DNA of 64,000 bases. It comes from Hydrogenophaga intermedia. Its GTDB lineage: Bacteria > Pseudomonadota > Gammaproteobacteria > Ga0077536. Location of the stretch: assembly GCA_943370145.1 (NCBI GenBank), contig CALRPY020000008.1:24328-88327 (forward strand), given 5' to 3'. The notes under the pieces were generated by a model, which saw only the letters and a program-made list of their open reading frames with translations, was not told the DNA's origin and made no database searches. This document shows positions 8,515 through 15,857 of this stretch, piece after piece. Within the stretch, counting starts at the first letter, position 1, and every line of letters begins with the position of its first letter. Made by a program: the position numbers and the translations under genes.

Positions 8515-10227
8515 GTGAAGACACAGATGAACCCTCGTTTGCCGCAGCCCCGACCCCTTGCGCTTGCGCTCAGCCTTGCGCTCGCGAGCGGCAGCGCGCT
8601 GGCGAACACCGCGCCCGACCAGCGCACGGAATTGCTGGAACTGAAGAACACGATCGTCAATCTCGTCGATGCGCTGGTGGAGCAGAAGGTGCTGAGCCCG
8701 GAGCAGGCCGACAAGCTCAAGAAGGAAGCCGCCGCGAAGGCGCGCGTGCAGGCCGCGACCGAGCCTGCGCAGGTGCTCACGGAGCCTGCGCCGGGCGCCG
8801 CCGCCGGCAAGACGGTGGTGCGCGTTCCCTACGTGCCGGAGTTCGTGAAGGACGAAATCCGCAAGGAGGTGAAGGCCGAACTGCGCCACGAAGTCATGCA
8901 GGACGTGGTCGCGACGGCGAAGGAGGAGAAGTGGGGCACCAAGGACGCGCTGCCTGACTGGGTCAACCGCTTCACGCTGAACGGCGACTTCCGCGTGCGT
9001 TACCAGCACGACATGTACGCAGACGAGAACCAGCCGTTTTCCTACCCGGATTTCCGCTCGATCAACGACGCGGGCAGCATCACGGGGCCGAACACCTTCC
9101 TCAATACCACCGAAGACCGCGACCGCGTGCGCTTCCGTTTCCGCTACGGCTTCACGGCGCAGGTGAACGAGGACATCCAGGCCATCGCCCGCATCTCGAC
9201 CGGCAATCTCGAGAACCCGCTGACGATGCAGCAGAACGCGGGCAACGATTTCAACCGCTACACGATCGGTCTCGACCGCGGATATATCCGCTGGCGGGAC
9301 ATGACGGACAGCAACTACGAGTGGCTGTCGGCGCAGATCGGCCGCTTCCCGGTGCCGTTCATGACGCTGACCGAAATGGTCTGGGACAACGACCTGCAGG
9401 TCGAAGGCCTGAGCACGACCGGCACCTACCGTTTCAACCTCGACGGCAGCGAGTCCGGCGGGATCACGCGCGACACCGGTGTCTGGATGACGCTGGCCGC
9501 GCTGCCCATGCTGGACGACGAACTGGCCTTCGATGATGGCTCCTCGAACGACAAGTGGCTGCTGGGTGGGCAGCTCGGCCTCGAGCACCGTTTCAAGAGC
9601 CCGTGGTCGGCCAAGGCCGGCCTCGCGCTCTTCGACTACACGAACGTGGTCGGCAAGTTCAACCCGAACGGCCCCGCCGGCAGCACGCTTTTCGATTGGA
9701 CCGCGCCCGGCCAGCTCGTGAAGGGCAACACGATGTACCCGATCAAGTTCAACGTCGCGGGCGACCCCACGCTGTTCGGCCTGGCGTCGGACTTCACGAT
9801 CGTCAACCTGAACGCCGAATTCCGTTACTCGCACTTCAGCCCCGTGGACATCTGGCTGACGGTCGATCTTGCGAAGAACATCGGATATGACGGAGGCGAC
9901 ATCCTCGACCGCACCGGCGTCGCCGTCGACGAGAAGACGAATGCCTGGACCCTGCAGTTCGACGTTGGGTATCCGGAGATCAGGAAACTGGGCGACTGGC
10001 ACCTCGGCGCCTTCTACCGCCACCTGCAGCGCGATGCCGTGCTCGACGGCTACACGGACTCCAACTTCCATCTGGGCGGCACCGACGCCAAGGGCTTCGC
10101 GCTCATCGGTGAGTACGGCATCGCCAGCAACACCTGGCTGCGCATGCGCTACTACAGCGTGGACGAGATCGACCTCGCGCCGCTCGGCATCGACAACATC
10201 CATCTCGAACTGAGCACGAGGTTCTGA
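8515..10227 (+). CDS. Porin-like outer-membrane beta-barrel protein with an N-terminal helical/charged extension
   Basis: Signal peptide ending ASGSALA-NT. Lys/Ala/Glu-rich helical segment, then alternating-hydrophobic beta-strand sequence rich in aromatic residues. C-terminal Phe (LELSTRF) is typical of OMPs. No TBDT plug is recognisable. Start could be GTG 8515 or ATG 8527. Confidence 0.7.
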   Translation: MKTQMNPRLPQPRPLALALSLALASGSALANTAPDQRTELLELKNTIVNLVDALVEQKVLSPEQADKLKKEAAAKARVQAATEPAQVLTEPAPGAAAGKTVVRVPYVPEFVKDEIRKEVKAELRHEVMQDVVATAKEEKWGTKDALPDWVNRFTLNGDFRVRYQHDMYADENQPFSYPDFRSINDAGSITGPNTFLNTTEDRDRVRFRFRYGFTAQVNEDIQAIARISTGNLENPLTMQQNAGNDFNRYTIGLDRGYIRWRDMTDSNYEWLSAQIGRFPVPFMTLTEMVWDNDLQVEGLSTTGTYRFNLDGSESGGITRDTGVWMTLAALPMLDDELAFDDGSSNDKWLLGGQLGLEHRFKSPWSAKAGLALFDYTNVVGKFNPNGPAGSTLFDWTAPGQLVKGNTMYPIKFNVAGDPTLFGLASDFTIVNLNAEFRYSHFSPVDIWLTVDLAKNIGYDGGDILDRTGVAVDEKTNAWTLQFDVGYPEIRKLGDWHLGAFYRHLQRDAVLDGYTDSNFHLGGTDAKGFALIGEYGIASNTWLRMRYYSVDEIDLAPLGIDNIHLELSTRF

Positions 10228-10883
10228 TGACGACGCGCCTCGGATTGCTGGTGGCCTGCGGCCTGTTGCTCGTGGCGGGCGGCGCGCCGGCACAGCAGGG
10301 GAACGAGCAAACGGCGCAGGCCCTTGCTCGCGCGCAGGGGTTGCTGCGACAACTGGCGCAGGAAAAGGCGGCAGTGGACACCGAACTCGCCCAGCTTCGC
10401 GCCGAGAATGCGAAGCTGAAGAAGAGCGTTGGCCGAACCGAGGCGCAACTTGCCGAGTCGCAAGCGAGCCTGGAATCCAGCACCCGCGAAGCCACTAGCG
10501 TGCGCACGAAGCTCGGCGGGACGGAAAAGCGCCTGGAACGCACCACCGGCCAACTGCGCGAGGTCGTGGCGAAGTACAAGGAACAGGCGCTGAAGCTGCG
10601 CGAGACCGAGGCGCAGCGCAACGAACTGCAGGCGAACCTGGAGGCGACGAGCAGGCAGCTGGAAGACGCCGAGCGCAAGAATCTCGCGCTGTACCAGATC
10701 AACCGGGACGTCCTCGCCGAGTTCGAGCAGGAAGGTCCATGGGACGGCCTGCTGCGTAAAGAACCGGTGACCGGCTTCAAACAGGTTGAAATCGAGAACC
10801 TGGTGCAGGAGTACGAAGACAGGATGCGCGATCAGCTCCGCGGTGACAGCCTCGAAAAGCTGTCGGAACCCGGCGCGAATTGA
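10227..10883 (+). CDS. Secreted/periplasmic coiled-coil protein (hypothetical)
   Basis: Its ATG overlaps the stop of the OMP gene (TGATG). Has a signal peptide (LLVACGLLLVAGGAPAQQ). Long heptad-like Glu/Lys/Leu/Gln-rich sequence (LAQLRAENAKLKKS...LRETEAQRNELQANLEA). Confidence 0.7.
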   Translation: MTTRLGLLVACGLLLVAGGAPAQQGNEQTAQALARAQGLLRQLAQEKAAVDTELAQLRAENAKLKKSVGRTEAQLAESQASLESSTREATSVRTKLGGTEKRLERTTGQLREVVAKYKEQALKLRETEAQRNELQANLEATSRQLEDAERKNLALYQINRDVLAEFEQEGPWDGLLRKEPVTGFKQVEIENLVQEYEDRMRDQLRGDSLEKLSEPGAN

Positions 10884-10987
10884 CAAAAGAAGGCATTACC
10901 GACAACCGCGCCGATGGCTTCCCGGCCCGGGCGACGGGCGCCGCGCTTGCGGCGCAGTCGGCCCGCAATGCCCATTGAGAACAGGAG

Positions 10988-11521
10988 TTGAACATGGGAT
11001 CTCGGCTGAACGGCTCTGGCGAAGCGGGCGAACCGCGTTCCGCGCCCGCCGGCGACGGTGCGGGCATACACGACAACGCGCGGCGCAGCGTTTCCATCCG
11101 CATCAACACGTCCGACTATGGGCGAATCAAGGTGGCGGCGCGGCGACTGCACGCCAAGGAGGCGGATATCTTCCGCTACCTGCTGCAGGTGGGGCTCAAC
11201 AAACTCGGGCCGCTGCTGGGCGCCGAACTCGACGACCAGGCCTTCCTGCGCACGCTGGTGGACCTGGGACCGGATCTCGCCGCCAATTTCGACGTGTCCG
11301 CGCGCGAGTTCGTGAGTCTGCTGAGCGCGTTCACCGGCAAGGATGCGCCGGCCTTTGACGAGACCGACCTCGAACTGGTGGACCTTGCGGGTACGCATCC
11401 CCGCATGGTCCAGAGCCGCCTCGCGGAGTTCCGCGGCCGGCCGGTCAACGAGCATGAGCTGCGCGGCGTGCTGCACGATTACCTGCTGATGAAATACCAG
11501 GCCCCGGGCGCGGCCATCTGA
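10988..11521 (+). CDS. Hypothetical protein, possibly ribbon-helix-helix-like near the N-terminus
   Basis: 177-aa ORF with plausible coding composition. 'RRSVSIRINTSDYGRIKVAARRLHAKEADIFRYLL' resembles a CopG/RHH strand-helix-helix. No further recognisable domain. Confidence 0.5.
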   Translation: MNMGSRLNGSGEAGEPRSAPAGDGAGIHDNARRSVSIRINTSDYGRIKVAARRLHAKEADIFRYLLQVGLNKLGPLLGAELDDQAFLRTLVDLGPDLAANFDVSAREFVSLLSAFTGKDAPAFDETDLELVDLAGTHPRMVQSRLAEFRGRPVNEHELRGVLHDYLLMKYQAPGAAI

Positions 11522-11531
11522 ACGGCCGGCC

Positions 11532-11945
11532 TCATTCGGGCGGCAGCACGTCGACCGCGATTTCCCCCTCGAGGCAGGCGCGGTAGCGGGCGCCATCCAT
11601 CTCGCCGCCGATGCGGGCCGCTCCGGCCGCTCCGGCCGCACCGTCCCTGGCCGTCAGCCGCAGGCGCCGCGCAGATGCCCGGCACGCCGCGGCGCGCTCC
11701 ACCTCTGCCGCAAGTTCGGCCGGTGGATCGAAACCTTCCAATCGCAGGCACTCCATCATCGCCCCGGCATCCACGCCCGCCGGAATCCTGATCTTCAACG
11801 GCACGTTGACCACGGCCCGCTCGGTGTAAAGCCCTGAGCTCAGGTTGATTTCCTGCCACAGGGCCATCTGCTTCGCGCAGTCGTCGGCGGCAAGCGCCGG
11901 ATTCGATATCGCAAGGGTCGTGAGCAGGGCGGGCAGGATACGCAT
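11532..11945 (-). CDS. Small secreted hypothetical protein
   Basis: Signal peptide MRILPALLTTLAISNPALA-ADD when started at the second Met. Convergent with the preceding gene. No recognised family. Confidence 0.45.
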   Translation of the reverse strand: MRILPALLTTLAISNPALAADDCAKQMALWQEINLSSGLYTERAVVNVPLKIRIPAGVDAGAMMECLRLEGFDPPAELAAEVERAAACRASARRLRLTARDGAAGAAGAARIGGEMDGARYRACLEGEIAVDVLPPE

Positions 11946-12377
11946 GCGCTTGTGGCCGGAAAGCAATCAGGTGGACACAGTGTCTTCCCCCCGCCTTACA
12001 TCGGCATGACGAGGGGATGTTTCGGGGTGTGACGAATTTCTCCTGACTGACAGGTGCTGGAAGCTGGCGTGTCTTGCATTGAGGAGTATCGTCACAGACA
12101 TGTCATGTGTCCGGGTTCCAATGGTGCCCGAAGGTGACGGGACAATCCGGCGGGAAGGCGGTGCGCGCTTCCGGCCGCGCTTCGCTATAAGCGCTCGAAA
12201 TTCGCGGGCGCTGTGCAGAAGTCACGTTTTATTAGATAGTTGCAGTGTATTTCTTCATTCGGCCCTATGATTGGTAATGCGCATCGGCCATCCCCCGGGA
12301 CATACATATACATGTATCGCAACCCCGGGCTCGCCCGGTGACTTTCCTCAACAGGATCAGTGAAACACTCAGCAACC

Positions 12378-13820
12378 ATGCAAATCATCCCTCTCATCCT
12401 GGCCGGCGGTGGTGGCACCCGCTTGTGGCCGCTGTCCCGTGGGCATTATCCGAAACAGTTCCTGGCGGTGACGCCCGGCGCCACGCTGCTGCAGGGTACC
12501 CTGCAGCGCGTGGGCAAGGACGCGCTGGCCGGGCTGCAGCCCCCGGTGGTCGTCTGCAACGAGGAACACCGCTTCCTGGTCGGTGAGCAGGCGCGCCAGA
12601 TCGGGCGGCCTTTCGAGCGCATCATCCTCGAGCCCATCGGCCGCAACACGGCGCCCGCGCTGACCTGCGCCGCGCTGTGCTATTCGCAGGACGGCGCGGA
12701 CCCGCTGCTGCTGATGATGCCGGCGGACCACCTCGTGCAGGACGCGGCCGCCTTCCAGCGCGCGGTGCTTGCGGGCAGCAACCATGCCCAGGCCGGCAAG
12801 CTCGTGACCTTCGGCGTGGTCCCCACGAATCCCGAGACCGGCTACGGCTACATCCAGCTCGGCGACGCGCTGGGCAAGGATGACCCGGCGGTGAACGCAA
12901 TCGCGGCGTTCAAGGAAAAGCCGAACCAGGCCGTCGCCGAGCAGTATCTCGCCAGCGGCCAGTACCGCTGGAACGCCGGCATCTTCCTGATGAAGGCGAG
13001 CGTGTGGCTCGCCGCCATCGAACGTTTCCAGCCCGAAATCCTCGCCGCCTGCCGCAAGGCGGTGGCGGCCGGCAGCCTCGACGGCGAGTTCTACCGCCTG
13101 GACAAGGAAGCCTTCGCCGCCTGCCCCAGCGATTCCATCGACTACGCCGTCATGGAGCGCATCGCCGCGGCGGACCCGGCCAGTTGCGCCGTGGTCTCGC
13201 TGGATGCCGGCTGGAGCGACGTCGGCTCGTGGTCGAGCATCTGGGAGGTTTCGGAGAAATCCGACAGCCGCAACGTCACCCGCGGTGACGTCTGCGCCAT
13301 CGACAGCCACGACAACCTCATCTTCGCCGAATCGCGCCTCGTGGCGGCGGTGGGCTGCGAGGACATGGTGATCGTGGAAACGCCGGACGCCGTGATGGTC
13401 GCGCCGAAGAATCGCGCGCAGGACGTGAAGGCCATCGTCGACTGGCTGGCGCAGCAGGGCCGCGAGGAGCGCCTGATGCACCGGCGCGTGTACCGTCCGT
13501 GGGGTACCTACGAGGGCGTGGACGCCGGCGAACGCTTCCAGGTGAAGCGCATCGCGGTGAAGCCGGGCGCTTCCCTGTCGCTGCAGATGCATCACCACCG
13601 GGCGGAGCACTGGATCGTCGTGAAGGGCACGGCGAAGGTGACGAGCGGCGAGAAGACCTTCCTGCTCAGCGAGAACCAGAGTTGCTATATCCCGCTGGGC
13701 GAAACGCACCGGCTGGAGAACCCGGGCTCCATCCCGCTCGAGATCATTGAAGTCCAGTCCGGCGCCTACCTGGGCGAAGACGACATCGTGCGTTTCGAAG
13801 ACAAGTACAAGCGGGCCTGA
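12378..13820 (+). CDS. manC: Bifunctional mannose-1-phosphate guanylyltransferase / mannose-6-phosphate isomerase (type II PMI-GMP)
   Basis: 'IIPLILAGGGGTRLWPLSR...YPKQF' nucleotidyltransferase N-terminus and a cupin C-terminus 'RPWGTYE...VKRIAVKPGASLSLQMHHHRAEHWIVVKGTA'. Matches ManC/CpsB/XanB/AlgA architecture. Start placed at ATG 12378 (MQIIPL). Confidence 0.9.
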   Translation: MQIIPLILAGGGGTRLWPLSRGHYPKQFLAVTPGATLLQGTLQRVGKDALAGLQPPVVVCNEEHRFLVGEQARQIGRPFERIILEPIGRNTAPALTCAALCYSQDGADPLLLMMPADHLVQDAAAFQRAVLAGSNHAQAGKLVTFGVVPTNPETGYGYIQLGDALGKDDPAVNAIAAFKEKPNQAVAEQYLASGQYRWNAGIFLMKASVWLAAIERFQPEILAACRKAVAAGSLDGEFYRLDKEAFAACPSDSIDYAVMERIAAADPASCAVVSLDAGWSDVGSWSSIWEVSEKSDSRNVTRGDVCAIDSHDNLIFAESRLVAAVGCEDMVIVETPDAVMVAPKNRAQDVKAIVDWLAQQGREERLMHRRVYRPWGTYEGVDAGERFQVKRIAVKPGASLSLQMHHHRAEHWIVVKGTAKVTSGEKTFLLSENQSCYIPLGETHRLENPGSIPLEIIEVQSGAYLGEDDIVRFEDKYKRA

Positions 13821-13847
13821 GGCCGATGACTTCCCAGCAGACCGGAC

Positions 13848-14313
13848 GTCTTTTCACCTCTCCCGCAGGCGGGAGCGGCGACGGTTTCCACCTTTCCCGC
13901 CTGCGGGAGAGGTCGACGGCGAGGCCGGCGGGTGAGGGGCGCCCCAGTTGGTGCGGCGCCACTCTGGAACAACCCTCACCCGTCCGCTGCGCGGCCGGCC
14001 TCTCCCGGGGCGGGAGAGGCGACGGTTCTCACCTCTCCCGCCTGTGGGAGAGGTCGACGGCTAAGCCTGTGGGTGAGGGACGCCTCCTTCAGCGCGGCGC
14101 CATTCTCGTAGGTTGGGCTGACGCAGGAAGCCCAACATCCTTCACCACGCCCGCGTGCGGGAGCGGCGAACATCCTCACCTCTCCCGCCTGCGGGAGAGG
14201 TCGACGGCGAAGCCGGCGGGTGAGGGGAGCTTCAGTTGGCGCGGCGCCAGTCCGATGCGACCCTCACCCGTCCGCTGCGCGGCCGGCCTCTCCCGGAGCG
14301 GGAGAGGCGAAGC
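13848..14313. repeat. REP/BIME-like array of about 50-nt GC-rich palindromic units in alternating orientation
   Basis: Near-identical units 'CCCTCACCCGTCCGCTGCGCGGCCGGCCTCTCCCGG(G/A)GCGGGAGAGGCGA' at about 13972 and 14262. The inverse form 'CACCTCTCCCGCCTG(C/T)GGGAGAGGTCGACGGC...GGGTGAGGG' occurs at about 13889, 14030 and 14177. Each unit contains the hairpin CTCTCCCGC-N3-GCGGGAGAG. Confidence 0.85.
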
Positions 14314-14343
14314 TCATTCACGATAGCGCCGAACCAAAAGCCA

Positions 14344-14649
14344 GTGCGCCTCACGCCAACCCAGGTCGACACCATCCGCGACACCGCCCGACGCTGTTTC
14401 GGGCAGGACGCCGACGTGTGGCTGTTCGGCTCGCGGGTGGACGATACGCGGCGCGGTGGTGACATCGATCTCTACATCGAGACCGACCTCGACACGCCGG
14501 AAGCCAGCTGGGACGCGGAGCGCCGCTTTCTCGGTGCGCTCTACCTGGCGCTGGGCGAACAGAAGATAGACGTGGTGGTGATGCGGCGGGGCGACCAGCG
14601 GCAGCTGCCGATTTTCGAGGTCGCGCGCGCACAGGGAGTCCACCTGTGA
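14344..14649 (+). CDS. Minimal nucleotidyltransferase (MNT-type) antitoxin-like protein
   Basis: 'LFGSRVDDTRRGGDIDLYIETD' is the GS-x(n)-DxD polymerase-beta-type NTase motif. About 100 aa. Start set at in-frame GTG 14344 because the upstream part of ORF 14236.. lies in the repeat array. The start is uncertain. Confidence 0.7.
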   Translation: MRLTPTQVDTIRDTARRCFGQDADVWLFGSRVDDTRRGGDIDLYIETDLDTPEASWDAERRFLGALYLALGEQKIDVVVMRRGDQRQLPIFEVARAQGVHL

Positions 14650-14741
14650 CCCTGTCGCCCATGGAACTGCGGCTGCAGGCGCAATTCGAGCAGTGCGCGC
14701 GTTTGGTCTTACACGCGGCCGCAACGCGATTGGGCGGCTGA
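14646..14741 (+). pseudogene. 31-codon ORF; possible 5' remnant of the MNT partner (HEPN-type) gene
   Basis: Its GTG overlaps the MNT stop (GTGA), the usual coupling of MNT/HEPN pairs. It terminates after 31 codons (VTLSPMELRLQAQFEQCARLVLHAAATRLGG*), exactly where the lower-GC hicA begins (TGATG). No HEPN Rx4-6H motif is present. Confidence 0.3.
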
Positions 14742-14989
14742 TGGGTCGAAAAGAACGGATTCTCACGGCGCTTTTGGGAGCGAGAGCCGACGCCAGCACC
14801 GACTTTGCCGACTTGGTGTACCTTCTTGCGCAATTCGGATTTGTGATGCGAATCAAGGGTTCGCACCATATATTCTGGAAGGCCGGCGTGGACGAGATTC
14901 TGAACCTGCAGCCGGCAGGCTCAAAAGCCAAGCCGTACCAAGTGAAGCAGGTTCGCAATGTCATCATCAAGTACAGGTTGCATATGTAG
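14741..14989 (+). CDS. hicA: HicA-family mRNA interferase toxin
   Basis: 82 aa. 'FGFVMRIKGSHHIFWK' carries the GSHH motif of HicA/YcfA proteins. Visibly lower GC than its neighbours. Confidence 0.8.
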   Translation: MGRKERILTALLGARADASTDFADLVYLLAQFGFVMRIKGSHHIFWKAGVDEILNLQPAGSKAKPYQVKQVRNVIIKYRLHM

Positions 14990-14990
14990 C

Positions 14991-15203
14991 ATGGGCGCCA
15001 AATACGAAATCATCATCTACTGGAGCGGCGAGGATCAGGCCTTTGTCGCCGAAGCGCCCGAACTGCCGGGTTGCATGGCCGACGGCGCGAGCTACCAGGA
15101 GGCCGTGGCGGCAATCGAAGTCGCGATCGACGAATGGGTCGAAACGGCCCGGCAGATTGGCCGCGCCGTCCCTGAACCCCGCGGTCGCCTGATGTTCGCC
15201 TGA
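14991..15203 (+). CDS. hicB: HicB-family antitoxin (short form, no obvious DNA-binding domain)
   Basis: 'YEIIIYWSGEDQAFVAEAPELPGCMADGASYQEAVAAIEVAIDEWVE' is typical of the HicB/UPF0150 fold. Starts 2 nt after the hicA stop. Confidence 0.8.
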   Translation: MGAKYEIIIYWSGEDQAFVAEAPELPGCMADGASYQEAVAAIEVAIDEWVETARQIGRAVPEPRGRLMFA

Positions 15204-15254
15204 ACTCGCGAACACACCCTAGAACGAATCGCAGCGCATTCATCCGGAGAACCC

Positions 15255-15830
15255 TTGATGACCTTCCCCAACACGTTTGCCATCCGTCTACTCGCCGCCC
15301 TCGCGCTTCTAGCCTGCGCCAGCGTCGCCGGCGCCCAGGAAGCCGGCGCGGACTACCAGGTCAAGCCCGGCGACCTGCTGATCGTCTCCGTGTGGAAAGA
15401 GCCTGACCTCACCATGGAAGTGCTGGTGCGCCCGGACGGCAAGTTCAGCTTCCCGCTGGCCGGCGACGTGCAGGCCACGGGCCGCTCCGTCGAAGACGTG
15501 CGGCAGGACCTCATCAAGAAAATCGAGGGCTACATCCCGGATGTCGTCGCCACGGTGATGGTCAAGGAAATCGCCGGCAACAAGGCTTACGTGGTGGGCA
15601 AGGTCAACCGCCCCGGCCCCATCCTGATGACGGACGAAACCAACGTGATGCAGGCCCTGTCCTTCGCCGGCGGCACTGCGCAGTTTGCGGGGCTGAAGAA
15701 AATCCTCATCCTGCGCGGGCAGGGCGGCAGCCAAAGCGCCATCCCCTTCAACTACAACGAAGTGGAGAGCGGCGAGAACCTGGCGCAGAACATCGTGTTG
15801 CAGCCGGGCGACGTGGTGGTGGTGCCGTAG
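15255..15830 (+). CDS. Polysaccharide export protein (short Wza/EpsE-like, PEP-CTERM-locus type)
   Basis: Signal peptide, then 'YQVKPGDLLIVSVWKEPDL...VRPDGKFSFPLAGDVQATGRSVEDV' (Poly_export motif) plus a SLBB-like C-terminus (GDVVVVP). Confidence 0.85.
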   Translation: MMTFPNTFAIRLLAALALLACASVAGAQEAGADYQVKPGDLLIVSVWKEPDLTMEVLVRPDGKFSFPLAGDVQATGRSVEDVRQDLIKKIEGYIPDVVATVMVKEIAGNKAYVVGKVNRPGPILMTDETNVMQALSFAGGTAQFAGLKKILILRGQGGSQSAIPFNYNEVESGENLAQNIVLQPGDVVVVP

Positions 15831-15857
15831 GCGACAGGACAGAGAACGTTGTTCTTC

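Noticed and set aside
11575-11590. ops/JUMPstart-like 'GCGGTAGCG' sequence that might indicate RfaH control of the polysaccharide genes.
   Set aside because: It does not match the GGCGGTAG core, lies inside a minus-strand ORF, and is about 800 nt from manC.
13848-14313. Possible CRISPR array, because of regularly recurring ~50-nt units.
   Set aside because: The units occur in both orientations. Spacers are irregular in length and partly related to each other. The same unit is dispersed singly elsewhere in the window, and no cas genes are nearby. This is REP-type behaviour, not CRISPR.
13826-14326. 166-aa ORF with internally repeated 'FHLSRLRERSTAKPAGEG' peptides.
   Set aside because: It is produced entirely by translating the REP/BIME-like repeat array. 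The repeat units alternate in orientation and form DNA hairpins, so it is not a credible protein.
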